From NCBI GenBank assembly GCA_019894975.1, contig JAGXNO010000005.1, forward strand, positions 32,001-96,000: 64,000 bases of DNA, in the 5' to 3' direction. The translations under genes and the position numbers were made by a program. This document shows, one piece after another, positions 39,952 through 50,368 of the stretch. This DNA is from Promethearchaeota archaeon. GTDB taxonomy: Archaea; Asgardarchaeota; Lokiarchaeia; Sigyniarchaeales; SOKP01. The notes beneath the pieces are model-generated. The model saw only the letters and a program-made list of their open reading frames with translations. It was not told the DNA's origin and did no database searches. Numbering within the stretch: the first letter of the stretch is position 1; each line of letters begins with the position of its first letter.

Positions 39952-41256
39952 ATGGTGACTATTTCTTTTCTCGGGGCTTGTAGAGAAGTCGGAAGAAGTG
40001 CGGTACTAGTAGAATCCAAAAATGGTGCAAAATGCATGTTGGATTATGGGATTCGGTTTCGTGGAGAAGAAAGACTACCTAGCACGGCAAACATAGACAA
40101 TTTAAAAGCGGTTGCTCTAACCCATTGTCATGTTGATCATTCAGGCGGTCTACCTTTATTATATAAAACTAAAAATGTTCCATTCTTCACAAATTCCATC
40201 TCTTTAGCCTTAACTGAAATCTTAATTAAGGACACGTTGAAAATATCAAAATACCCATATCCATTTGGGTACAGAGAATTAGATTCTTTAAAACAACATT
40301 CATATTTCCTCAAAAATGGAATTCGACATAAAATTGATGATGATTTTTTTATAACATTCATTAATGCAGGCCATATTCCTGGAAGTGTTTCAATTTTATT
40401 AGACGTGGATGGTAAAAAAATATTGTATTCTGGTGATATAAACACACAAAATACCAATTTAGTTCAATCTGCTAATTATCTTGATATCCCCGAAATAGAT
40501 ACTCTGATTATGGAATCTACATATGCTCTCCGAGAACATCCTCCAAGAGAACAACTTGAGAAAGAATTTATAGAAAAAGTAGTGAATATAACTGATAATG
40601 GAGGAACTGTTCTAATTCCCGCTTTTGGGGTAGCTCGTTCGCAAGAAGCACTATTAATTTTGGAGAAATATAATTTTAAAGGGAAAATATTTATTGATGG
40701 ACTCGCAAGAAAAATATCTATGTTATGTTTAGATTATCCAGATTTTATTAAAAATATAAAGATGCTTAGAAATGCTGTGAAAAAAGCACAGTTTGTATCC
40801 AGGGCTAAGACTAGAGCAAAAGTTAAAGAATCTAAGGGTGTAATTATATCTCCTTCGGGGATGCTTAAAGGAGGTGCCGCTATAGAATATGTGCAATCAA
40901 TAATTAATGATCCTTCATCAGCAATTTATTTAGTAGGGTATCAAGTGGAGGGATCTCCCGGAAGAGGATTACTAGATAATGGAATTTTTGAATTTAAAGA
41001 ATCTCGAAAAAATAGACCCAAATTTGATTTGAGGATTAAAGCTCAATGTGATTATAATCATTTTGATTTTTCAAGTCATTCAGATAATTTTCATATTCAC
41101 AATTATATTGAAAATTTACAGTTTAAAAAAGATTCTAGCAGCGATATATTTTGCATTCACGGGGATAATAAATCAACAACAAGTTTAGCTGGTGAATTAG
41201 TTAATAAGCATTATAATTCAGTTGCTCCTGAAACGGGAGAAATTTACCAAATTTAA
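39952..41256 (+). CDS. Beta-CASP metallo-beta-lactamase ribonuclease (CPSF-like, no KH domains)
   Basis: GACREVGRS, THCHVDH, AGHIPG, SGD, ESTY, GYQ..G, FSSH, IHGD. Confidence 0.9.
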   Translation: MVTISFLGACREVGRSAVLVESKNGAKCMLDYGIRFRGEERLPSTANIDNLKAVALTHCHVDHSGGLPLLYKTKNVPFFTNSISLALTEILIKDTLKISKYPYPFGYRELDSLKQHSYFLKNGIRHKIDDDFFITFINAGHIPGSVSILLDVDGKKILYSGDINTQNTNLVQSANYLDIPEIDTLIMESTYALREHPPREQLEKEFIEKVVNITDNGGTVLIPAFGVARSQEALLILEKYNFKGKIFIDGLARKISMLCLDYPDFIKNIKMLRNAVKKAQFVSRAKTRAKVKESKGVIISPSGMLKGGAAIEYVQSIINDPSSAIYLVGYQVEGSPGRGLLDNGIFEFKESRKNRPKFDLRIKAQCDYNHFDFSSHSDNFHIHNYIENLQFKKDSSSDIFCIHGDNKSTTSLAGELVNKHYNSVAPETGEIYQI

Positions 41257-41280
41257 ACTAAGTTCAATAAATTAGCAGAT

Positions 41281-42801
41281 TTAATTTTTTTGTAATTGAT
41301 TTCTAATAACTATATTACAGTTTTCTAGAAATAATTCGATTTTATCAACAGGGATCTTAGTGCCTGCTGCAGGAGGATGTCCTCCTCCTAATACATCTAA
41401 ATTTGTTTGTTTACATGCATCTTTAATAGCTTCAGAGAGATTAACCCCTTGATTAACTATTTTTTCATGAGCTCTTCCTGAAACTTTATATACTTCTTCA
41501 TCAGTTCTTTTAGCTAGACCAAATATTGGTTTTGACTTATCTATACCTTTAATATTTCCGAAAATTAGCATAGAAGAAATAGTTCCGATTATACTTTCGG
41601 GAATTTTATCTTCCCCAAAAAAATATTGAATTGAATCCTTTTGTTGAATTTTCTCATTATCTTGAATCCAAGAGAGACTCTCAACTAGAGATTTTCTATA
41701 ATCATTTTGAATTTTTTTTGACTGTTGATAAATCTCTTTTCTATCTCCCATCGCGATGGCAATTCCTAAAGAAGAATTGTGAGTTCGACCACATGCGTTC
41801 AAAAGGTTAGAAAAATCTTTAGCATCATGAAGCTCTGAGTTGATAGATTCTTTTTTTAACAAATATCGATTAGCAATTAATTTTTTAATTATCTTATTAG
41901 GTTCTAAGTCTAATTTTATAGAAGCATATTCTATAATTGCCGAGGATATTTTTTGCTTCTCATCTTGATTCAATTCATTTAATGTTTTTACTCTACCTTC
42001 CGAATTTTCCATTAAAATCCCTTGAGTTTTAAGAAAAATTAAAGTTCTATTCGCATCCTTAGATAATCCCGGCAAATTAAAATCTGTTGAATAAGCAATA
42101 GCCTCATTTAAAGGTTTCAAACTGGGAAAATTCAAATCATTTACAACTTCTACTAAACCTAAATTACATGCATCTTCCAAGATTAAAGCGTTGAGTCCTA
42201 GAAACGATTTGTTTTCTCCTTGATTTTGAATATCACCTATTGCTCCAATGATTGCAATAGGTGACAAATCCATATTTTCTTGATTCAAACATTTAGCAAA
42301 ATAATAACATAATCCTGCACCTGAAATTTCAGTACTACCATCAATTCCATAAAAATAAGGATTAATGTGCCAATTTAAAGTTTTTTCATGGATTTCGCCG
42401 ATTTCTTTGATTTCTTCCTTATTAGAAATATTTTGAGGTATGTGGTGGTCTAATATTAAAAAAGAGTCAAAATTCTTTTCCTGAACTAATTTTTTGTGTA
42501 ATTCTGAATATTGTCCACTCCCAAAATCCGAAAAGATTAAAAAATTTTTATATTTTTCAACTTTTTCTGATATTTTTGTAATTTCTTCTTTTTCTAATTG
42601 TCTGAGTACAGAAATTTGAAAGGGAATTTTCTCCCGATATAGAGCTTTACCAAGGATTGCACCTGAACTTAACCCATCAGCATCAAGATGAGTATATATG
42701 TTAATGGGAGAATCCATGGTTTTAATTTTATCAAAAAAGTAGATTTTAGCCTTGTTAAGATCATCAAGTAATTTCGTTAATTTTTCTTTATTTTTGTCCA
42801 T
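41281..42801 (-). CDS. RecJ/Cdc45-family DHH nuclease
   Basis: HLDADG, SDFGSG, LDHH, GAIGD, LLNACGR, GGGHPPAAG. Confidence 0.9.
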   Translation of the reverse strand: MDKNKEKLTKLLDDLNKAKIYFFDKIKTMDSPINIYTHLDADGLSSGAILGKALYREKIPFQISVLRQLEKEEITKISEKVEKYKNFLIFSDFGSGQYSELHKKLVQEKNFDSFLILDHHIPQNISNKEEIKEIGEIHEKTLNWHINPYFYGIDGSTEISGAGLCYYFAKCLNQENMDLSPIAIIGAIGDIQNQGENKSFLGLNALILEDACNLGLVEVVNDLNFPSLKPLNEAIAYSTDFNLPGLSKDANRTLIFLKTQGILMENSEGRVKTLNELNQDEKQKISSAIIEYASIKLDLEPNKIIKKLIANRYLLKKESINSELHDAKDFSNLLNACGRTHNSSLGIAIAMGDRKEIYQQSKKIQNDYRKSLVESLSWIQDNEKIQQKDSIQYFFGEDKIPESIIGTISSMLIFGNIKGIDKSKPIFGLAKRTDEEVYKVSGRAHEKIVNQGVNLSEAIKDACKQTNLDVLGGGHPPAAGTKIPVDKIELFLENCNIVIRNQLQKN

Positions 42802-42915
42802 TTTTTTAAGTAATTAGATATTCATAAATTCAAAATTAAAACTACATTATAATAAGATATCAAAATTATAATAAATACTCAATTAAAAAAATTAATTTTA
42901 CTAACGTGAAAATAA

Positions 42916-43911
42916 ATGCATCATATAAAAATTAATGAACTTGCCAGAAATATTGCAGATACAATAATCAACAATAAAGAAATCTATGGCGCTAATATTG
43001 TCAAATTAGCTAATGATTCTACGATTCTAGATATGACAAAATCTTCATGGGAGGGAGGTAAACTAGTTGGGGAGATATGTATGGGCGGACTTGGCACTAT
43101 AATATTTTCTCATTATAATTTAGATGGGCATTTTATTCCAAGTCTTACGGTTCACACTTCAGAGCCCTTGATTTCATGTATGGCTTCTCAATTGGCAGGA
43201 TGGAATGTGAAGTTGAAAAAAGAAGTAGAAAAAAATGGTGAATTGAAAAAAAAAGTTGTTTTCCAGTCATTGGGTTCAGGACCAGCTCGAGCTAAAAGCA
43301 GGGGGGAAAAGATCTTTGATGAAATTGAATACACAGATAGTTCTGATTGCGCAGTTATTGTTTTTGAAACAGCTAAATTACCAAACGAAGAAGTCATGAA
43401 TATTATTGCTGATAAATGCGGAGTTGAGACCAATCAAACATATGCTGTTTGTGCTCCAACTGCTTGTTTAACAGGATCTATTCAAGTAGCAGCAAGAATC
43501 GTTGAAACAGGAGTTCATAAATTGCATGAGATTAAATTCCCAATAGAATTAATTAGAGATGGGTACGGAACAACCACTATTGCTCCTATCGCAAAGGACG
43601 ATCTAGGTGCAATGGGGCGTACTAACGATTCAATTAGCGCAGCAGGGATGACATATTATACTATCGATGCTGAAAAAGAAAAAGAAGAAGAATTATTTGC
43701 TCTTCTTAAAGAAGGTCCAGCTAATACGTCTTCTAGTTATGGAAAACCCTTTATTGAAACATTTAAAGAGGCTAATTATAACTTTTATGATATTGATCCA
43801 GGTCTATTTGCTCCAGCTACATATACCTTAACAAATATCAGAACTGGTAGAAGTATAACTGTTGGAAAAATAAATCATGAATTACTGAAGAAGTCCTATG
43901 GTTTATATTAA
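42916..43911 (+). CDS. mch: Methenyl-H4MPT cyclohydrolase
   Basis: ICMGGLG, CMASQLAGW, GSGPARA, APT....GSIQV.AR.VETG.HK, AMGRTND, SSSYGKPF, FYDIDPGLFAP. Confidence 0.95.
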   Translation: MHHIKINELARNIADTIINNKEIYGANIVKLANDSTILDMTKSSWEGGKLVGEICMGGLGTIIFSHYNLDGHFIPSLTVHTSEPLISCMASQLAGWNVKLKKEVEKNGELKKKVVFQSLGSGPARAKSRGEKIFDEIEYTDSSDCAVIVFETAKLPNEEVMNIIADKCGVETNQTYAVCAPTACLTGSIQVAARIVETGVHKLHEIKFPIELIRDGYGTTTIAPIAKDDLGAMGRTNDSISAAGMTYYTIDAEKEKEEELFALLKEGPANTSSSYGKPFIETFKEANYNFYDIDPGLFAPATYTLTNIRTGRSITVGKINHELLKKSYGLY

Positions 43912-43969
43912 ACAAAAAGAGAATCAGATAATTCTACTACTATATATTTTTTATTTTTAGTAAAAAAGA

Positions 43970-45109
43970 TTACATGTTAGTAAGTTCTTCTTGATATTTT
44001 AATATCTCACTTACCGAAATATCCCTATCAAAATTTATTTCCTGGTGTATTCCTAAATATGCACAGGCAATCTTTGCAGCAGCGGCAATTTCCGCTTTCT
44101 TAAGGGTGATTGAATATTCATCTTGTTGATTTTGATCTTCTTTATAATTATTCTCTTGGAAATTAGGATCATGAAGCCGGGAAGCTCTTTCGTTTTTCAT
44201 TTCAAATAATAACGAAGCCATTTTATAAGCTACTTTAAACGGAAGTTGATTCTTAACAATTAAACGAATAATATTATTTACATCAAAATAATTTAGGGTT
44301 TCATATTTTGCACGTAGAAAACCCTTAAGATTTTCAGAGTCTTTTTCACATTCTATTTCAATCCAGTCATGAATTGCTAATTTCCTTCTAAAGTATATCA
44401 ATTCCCAGTCAATATCTAATTCCTTTAGAAACTCAAGTAATTTTGGATCATTAGCTTTTCTTGATTCTATAACAACGTAAAGCTGAAGACCATAATATTT
44501 GTGTTCTTGTTGAAGGAAAAACCCTCTTTGTTGCATAGATGCAAGAATTAATAACTTTATTGAAAAAATCTTATCAGAGACATTCTTTTTACTACAATTG
44601 AGGTAAATCACATTTCCTTCTTCACTGATATACTCACAATCTAAAAATCCGAGAATACTTTCTTTGTTTTCTGTAATAAATCTATTTAATCCCGTAAGAG
44701 TAGGTTTTACATCAAAACGAACTAAATCATTTTGCTCAATGGTAACATAATCATTATAATTACCCCCAATTGCGAGTTTAATAGCATTCAATTTAAATTC
44801 CTTATCCATCCCAAAAACTTTTTGAAAAGCCTCGTTTATGGGAAATACTTCCTCCTCTAGAATCTTTACATCCGCCATAGAACTCTCATATGGCTCCTGC
44901 TCGCTTAACATTTTATTTAATAAAGGTGCTTCTGAAGCCTCTACTGTGATTTCATATGATTTAGCCAGATCTCTCCGAACTATACAGATAGATCGCTTTT
45001 TCTTATTGAATATTGAAAGTGAATTATTATCATTAAGCACTGCTCGAAACTTTTCAATAAATTTATCTTCAGTATTCTCTGGCCCTACTCTTCTTCTTCT
45101 AATATTCAA
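43970..45109 (-). CDS. Hypothetical protein
   Basis: 379-codon ORF with genome-typical composition; no motif recognised. Confidence 0.7.
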   Translation of the reverse strand: MNIRRRRVGPENTEDKFIEKFRAVLNDNNSLSIFNKKKRSICIVRRDLAKSYEITVEASEAPLLNKMLSEQEPYESSMADVKILEEEVFPINEAFQKVFGMDKEFKLNAIKLAIGGNYNDYVTIEQNDLVRFDVKPTLTGLNRFITENKESILGFLDCEYISEEGNVIYLNCSKKNVSDKIFSIKLLILASMQQRGFFLQQEHKYYGLQLYVVIESRKANDPKLLEFLKELDIDWELIYFRRKLAIHDWIEIECEKDSENLKGFLRAKYETLNYFDVNNIIRLIVKNQLPFKVAYKMASLLFEMKNERASRLHDPNFQENNYKEDQNQQDEYSITLKKAEIAAAAKIACAYLGIHQEINFDRDISVSEILKYQEELTNM

Positions 45110-45288
45110 TCAACTAGAAATTGTAAAAAATTCTTGATAGTTAATTTATCTATAAAATTTGTGTCTTAAATTCTTAACTAATAGAAATTATTAATCATAG
45201 TTATTTATCAAATAATAAATATAAGAGCCATACTGCTCTATGATTTATTAAATTATCTTAATATTACAGTCCAAAATTAACGGATATC

Positions 45289-45468
45289 TTATTCTAATTC
45301 CTCTTCTAAGTAATAATTATCATTCTTTTTTATATATATAGTCGTAGAGCCAAAATTATTTCGAACCGTATATTTATCTCCTTGGACATCTAAGATTTCG
45401 ATTGAATATGATAATCTTCTCTTATTCAAGATATCTTCTACAATTTTTTTTTCTTCCTTTGAATCCAT
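45289..45468 (-). CDS. 59-aa small protein (not in ORF track)
   Basis: Manual translation: MDSKEEKKIVEDILNKRRLSYSIEILDVQGDKYTVRNNFGSTTIYIKKNDNYYLEEELE*. Confidence 0.65.
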   Translation of the reverse strand: MDSKEEKKIVEDILNKRRLSYSIEILDVQGDKYTVRNNFGSTTIYIKKNDNYYLEEELE

Positions 45469-45840
45469 AAATATAATTTATATTTTTAATCAAAAAAATT
45501 TTTCTATTTTCACCTTTGAGCAAATTTATTTTTGAAATTAGAAGGATCATTTCTTGCTCTAATTACTATTTATAATCCTCATATCATACACAAAATTGTA
45601 GGATTATGGTGAATAAACTTAAAAAAGACTTTCGATTGAATTAAATAAGTGGAAATATACTTCCTAAATGAATAAAGTAAGGCTCTAGATTGAAGAGTTT
45701 TTTTAGTAGGAAAAGGTTTGGGATTTTATTAAAAATTGGAGTTTTTTTTAATAATCAGTTTAATAAATAAATGAGGATTTAATTAAAGTATATATAAAGG
45801 AAAATTCTTTAACTGATCGATCTCCCATTTCTGAAGCAAT

Positions 45841-47091
45841 ATGGTAAAACAAACGCTTGATATTGGATTTTTTACTAGTATGTATAGTCAAACTAATGGT
45901 ACTGCACATGCCGTGCGATTCTTATCCGAAGCAATCGTAAAACATACAGGTCATACTGTACATGTTTATGCTCCTGGAATTCAAAAGCCAAAGGATATAC
46001 CAAAGAACTTATGCCTTCACAATTTTTTCGGTGCTAAAATAGCACCAAAAACAGGATTAGTATTAAGCTTTCCTCTTCATAAATATTTTTTTTGCCAACA
46101 TGATTATTTAGATGTAGCTCATATTCATACACACGCGACATTTGGGAGTATGGCAATAAACTGGTCAAAGTATATTGGAATACCGATGGCTGGTACTCAT
46201 AACTCTCCTCTTTCTTTCTATACATCCCAATATATTCCGGTAATAGGTAAACTTCTTTCTAAAATGGATTGGGTTTGGAGATATGAAAGGCATATCTTGG
46301 ATAAATATGATCTTGTATCAGTACCAACTAAATCAAAAAAAGACTTACTGAGGAAACGGAGATTTAAAGAACCTATTGTTTGCCTTTCAAACGGAATTCC
46401 TGATAAATATTTCGTTGATGTAAAAAAAAATGGAATTCGGGATAAGTATGATTTGGACAACAAAAAAATTCTTCTTTATGCTTCAAGACTTTCACCAGAA
46501 AAACACCAGTTAAGTATAATCAAAATATTTAAAAAAATTCATAACGAGTACCCTGATTCACATCTTGTCTTAGTAGGCAGTGACGGACCATCTACTTCTC
46601 ATGTTCAAAAGATTATCAAGAAAAAACACTATAAAGAATTTGTTTCTTACCTCGGACGAGTACCTTTCCACGATTTGCTAAGACTTTTTAATACAGCCGA
46701 TGTATCTTGCCTATGGTCATGGATAGAAGCGGAAGGATTAGTCCTATTAGAAAGTATGGCACAAGGAACCCCGTGCATAGGTTCTAATAGCATTGGAATT
46801 TCGGACGTAATTAGACATGGAGAAACTGGCTATTTAAGTACAGATTTAGAAGATTTTAAGCAAAAAGTTATACATTTATTTAAAAATGATGATTTACGCT
46901 TGGAAATGGGTAAAAATGCTAAAAGGGTTGCACAAAATTATAGAATGAGTAATGTAGCAAAAACTTGGGTTGAATTATACAAATTTATGATTAATGAGCT
47001 TTACCCGCTTAGATATTATAATAAAGAAAGGAACGAGAGGGTTCGTTTAGTAAAAGAATTTATACATAAATTACCTATTGTTAATTTTTAA
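45841..47091 (+). CDS. GT4 glycosyltransferase (glycolipid synthase-like)
   Basis: Y..QTNG, HIHT, SNGI, ASRLSPEK, VG.DGP, EAEGLVLLESMAQGTP. Confidence 0.88.
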   Translation: MVKQTLDIGFFTSMYSQTNGTAHAVRFLSEAIVKHTGHTVHVYAPGIQKPKDIPKNLCLHNFFGAKIAPKTGLVLSFPLHKYFFCQHDYLDVAHIHTHATFGSMAINWSKYIGIPMAGTHNSPLSFYTSQYIPVIGKLLSKMDWVWRYERHILDKYDLVSVPTKSKKDLLRKRRFKEPIVCLSNGIPDKYFVDVKKNGIRDKYDLDNKKILLYASRLSPEKHQLSIIKIFKKIHNEYPDSHLVLVGSDGPSTSHVQKIIKKKHYKEFVSYLGRVPFHDLLRLFNTADVSCLWSWIEAEGLVLLESMAQGTPCIGSNSIGISDVIRHGETGYLSTDLEDFKQKVIHLFKNDDLRLEMGKNAKRVAQNYRMSNVAKTWVELYKFMINELYPLRYYNKERNERVRLVKEFIHKLPIVNF

Positions 47092-47104
47092 ATTATATTA
47101 TTTC

Positions 47105-47851
47105 TTAGAAATTAAGTTTATCCCTAATCTTATCCAATTTTAAATTACACTCTCTACATAAACTATACGGTTTATTATCTATTTGTTCAACAGCTTTAGA
47201 AAATTTCATTACACAGGAATTCTCCTCACAGTGGGGGGATCCAATTAAAATATGCCCTATTTCATGAATGATTTCCTTTAACACTCTCTGTTCAAAAAGT
47301 TTATCATCTCTCACTCTATCGTAAAATTCCTCTTTCAATTTAAGTGTAGATACAACACTACATCTATGTTTTAAATGCGTTTCGCCAAACATAAATACTA
47401 TATTATCGTCACTACTCGAGTAGATAGGAAGATCCGTAAGTAATATTATAATTCCTAGTTTTTCTTTTGTTCTTATATTTATTAGTTCCTGATAAAATTT
47501 ATTTGTGGGGTGCGTAGATATCTTATCATTGATTTTTCTCATTTCTTTATGCTCTTTTTTAATACCTTTAGAAAAAAGGGCTTTTCCAAAATGAAATTGT
47601 CCTAAATTATTGATACCAAAAAAGAAGGAGTCAAAAACTTGATTTAGCAGTGATTTAATTTGTTTAAACAGATTAGTATCAAAATCTGTATAGAACATAA
47701 CCCCTAAATGGCATGGCAATATTAGTTTTTTAAGCTCCTCGTCTACTAAATCAAACTCCTCAGAATAAGAAATCCCTATTCTAGTTACAAGCTTTTTTAA
47801 TTTTTCCTTATACTTTCGTATCTTTTGTTCATATTTTTGAAATTTAGCCAT
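47105..47851 (-). CDS. Archaemetzincin-family Zn protease
   Basis: KEIIHEIGH...G..HC....CVM.FS......D.K...LC.EC. Confidence 0.85.
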   Translation of the reverse strand: MAKFQKYEQKIRKYKEKLKKLVTRIGISYSEEFDLVDEELKKLILPCHLGVMFYTDFDTNLFKQIKSLLNQVFDSFFFGINNLGQFHFGKALFSKGIKKEHKEMRKINDKISTHPTNKFYQELINIRTKEKLGIIILLTDLPIYSSSDDNIVFMFGETHLKHRCSVVSTLKLKEEFYDRVRDDKLFEQRVLKEIIHEIGHILIGSPHCEENSCVMKFSKAVEQIDNKPYSLCRECNLKLDKIRDKLNF

Positions 47852-48000
47852 CTAATGTCAATAATTAATTATAATTTATCTAAATTAACCATTATCTTGA
47901 ACTATAATGAGTTTGCCTTCATTAATAATAGGTATTTAAATCATAAATTATATTATAAAATAAATTATTTGATTTAGGATTGAAAATTTAACTTAGAATT

Positions 48001-49044
48001 ATGGGAGAAGATTCACAGCATTTTGAAATAACGGATAATGGAAGTGAAGAACTAAAATCTGGTTCAAATGAAATGGAAGAGGATGCCAGAATTGTTAAAA
48101 AAGACGTGATTCCTCACTTCTTTCCAACATATCGAATTAAAAGAAAATTATATCCTGTTCCAATAATTTTAGTTGTAGTAATTGCAGGTATCTTAGCGTA
48201 TTTAACATATATTCAGGCAGGTGTTCAAGTAGACGGGGGATATTTTTCAGAAAGTGAGTATGGAGCAATTGGGGGGATAATCAATGGATTAATATATACT
48301 GTAATAGCTGCTTTCTCGGCTTTTATTATTATTTATATCATTAAAAAAAAAGGTGTCGGGGCTTTGATGTATATCTTTGGAATAGGGTTTGGGATGGTAA
48401 CATTTTTTCAAACCTGGTTTTTTGGAGAAGTTATATTATTTATATTAATTTCGAGTTATCCTATATTATATATTTTACTTGACGTAGAACTTATCTTTTT
48501 TACAGCAGTATTTACGGGTGTTATAATCTATAAATATTTTACTTCACAATCAATAAAAATTAAAAATTTTATAGTATTGTATATTGGGTTGCTTATTGGG
48601 GCTTCTATGGGAGTTTTAATGCCTCTTTGGACTACTATAGCCATATTAATAGGAATTTCCTTATGGGATATGTTTGCTGTTTTATATAAACATGGTCCCA
48701 TAAAGCAATTAATTGATTTGGTTTCTGAACCAGGAGAAGAAAGCAACATTTATTCTGAAGAAGAGTTAAAAGAAAGATTACAGACTGGAGAATATACATA
48801 TGATACTTCTAAACTAGAAATTGGCATTGGTGACTTAGCCTTCTATAGTATGCTTACGTCCAGCGCTCTCGTTCAGACAAATAATGTAATAATTATGATT
48901 TTAACCTCTATAGCTATTATAATTGGGACAGGAATAACGATAGCAGGTTTAAAAAGAAATAAAATTTTACCTGGGTTACCTATCTCGATCTTTTTGGGTA
49001 TAGGAACTATGTTGTTATCCTGGTATATCTTTACAATTATTTAG
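48001..49044 (+). CDS. Presenilin-family GxGD intramembrane aspartyl protease
   Basis: ISLWDMFAV (first Asp), IGIGDLAFYS (second Asp), LPGLPISI (PAL-motif variant), ~9 TM. Confidence 0.92.
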   Translation: MGEDSQHFEITDNGSEELKSGSNEMEEDARIVKKDVIPHFFPTYRIKRKLYPVPIILVVVIAGILAYLTYIQAGVQVDGGYFSESEYGAIGGIINGLIYTVIAAFSAFIIIYIIKKKGVGALMYIFGIGFGMVTFFQTWFFGEVILFILISSYPILYILLDVELIFFTAVFTGVIIYKYFTSQSIKIKNFIVLYIGLLIGASMGVLMPLWTTIAILIGISLWDMFAVLYKHGPIKQLIDLVSEPGEESNIYSEEELKERLQTGEYTYDTSKLEIGIGDLAFYSMLTSSALVQTNNVIIMILTSIAIIIGTGITIAGLKRNKILPGLPISIFLGIGTMLLSWYIFTII

Positions 49045-49114
49045 GAATGAGTTTAATTTTAAAATTTTCTTAATAATTTTAAAAAATTTATGCCCGTAAA
49101 GGAAGTGAACGTTT

Positions 49115-50302
49115 ATGGTTAATATCGATGACATCAGCACTATTGCTATAATCGGTACGGGGATTATGGGCCATGAGATTGCTCAAGTTGCTCTTATGGG
49201 GGGTTTTAAAACTGTTATTTTGAATGATTTATCTGCAGATATCATTAATAATGCTGAGAAAAAAATTAAAACTGGCTTGAAAAAGCTTGAATCTAAAGGA
49301 ATATTAAATGAAGGATATACTACCTCTAATTTAATGAATAGCCTGGTTAAAGAGGTTAACTTAGAAAAAGCCATTTATAATGCAGACTTTATAATTGAAG
49401 CAATTCCCGAAGTTATGAAGCTTAAAAAAGCGCTTTTTAAGAAATTAGGAGAATTCTCTCCTGAACATGCTATTTTAGCTACAAATACGTCTACAATGAG
49501 CATTTCTGAGATAGCGTCAGCATCAAATAAACCTCATAAAGTCATTGGATGCCACTTCTTCACACCCATAGTTGTATTACGGTTAATTGAAATCATTAAA
49601 GGGAAAAAAACATCCGAAGATACCGTAGAAGTTGCTAAAGCTGTTTGTCAAAGGTTTCCAGCACTTCAAGGAAAACGATTTTTACCTATTCTCCAAAAGG
49701 AGAGTCCAGGTTTTATTGTAAACCGCATAACGGGAGCAACATCTATTTATTTAAACTGGCTTCTTGAATTTTCGAGAAAGAAAGGAATACCTTTAGAAAA
49801 AATTGATGCTGATACAGAATCTTTTGCTGAAATTGGACCGTTTGCAAAATTAGATCATCTCGGCCTCGATACAGTGTATAACGCTCTCAGCTATTTGGCA
49901 GAAGAGCTTTCACCTGAATTTGCTCCGGGAAAAACGTTAACAAGCTTAGTCAAGAATGGGCATCTTGGCTTAAAAACAGGGAAAGGTTTGTTTGATTGGA
50001 AAGAAGGGAACCCTAATTTTAAGAAAAATGAAAAAGCAGGACTGTTTAATATTGACTTATTCATGGCTATTCAATTAAATGAGGGTTGTAGACTTCTTGA
50101 AGATAGGATCGTCTCGAGTTATAAATTAATAGATGATTCGATGATGACGGGAATGAACCTACCCGGACCTTTTGGCCCTGGAAAAAGGAACTATGAAAGA
50201 TGGACACGATTGTTAGAAGAATTTGTAGAAAACACTGGTATTAACTATTTGAAACCCTGCAACTTAATGAAATCTGGTGGCTTTATTAAAATGAGAAAAT
50301 GA
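49115..50302 (+). CDS. 3-hydroxyacyl-CoA dehydrogenase with duplicated C-terminal domain
   Basis: GTGIMG, IEAIPE, ATNTST, HFF.P, PGFIVNR, LG.KTGKG. Confidence 0.92.
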   Translation: MVNIDDISTIAIIGTGIMGHEIAQVALMGGFKTVILNDLSADIINNAEKKIKTGLKKLESKGILNEGYTTSNLMNSLVKEVNLEKAIYNADFIIEAIPEVMKLKKALFKKLGEFSPEHAILATNTSTMSISEIASASNKPHKVIGCHFFTPIVVLRLIEIIKGKKTSEDTVEVAKAVCQRFPALQGKRFLPILQKESPGFIVNRITGATSIYLNWLLEFSRKKGIPLEKIDADTESFAEIGPFAKLDHLGLDTVYNALSYLAEELSPEFAPGKTLTSLVKNGHLGLKTGKGLFDWKEGNPNFKKNEKAGLFNIDLFMAIQLNEGCRLLEDRIVSSYKLIDDSMMTGMNLPGPFGPGKRNYERWTRLLEEFVENTGINYLKPCNLMKSGGFIKMRK

Positions 50303-50368
50303 TAAGGTTTCCATAAAGCTTTAATAAAACTTTTCATAACTTTATTAAAAAAAGGAGTAGCAGTCAGA

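Noticed and set aside
34177-43911. Methanogenesis
   Set aside because: ftr, mtd and mch are present, but no mcr or mtr genes are in the window, and these enzymes are common in non-methanogenic archaea
45223-45242. Small hairpin AGAGC-CATACT-GCTCT
   Set aside because: A 5-bp stem is expected by chance and has no other support
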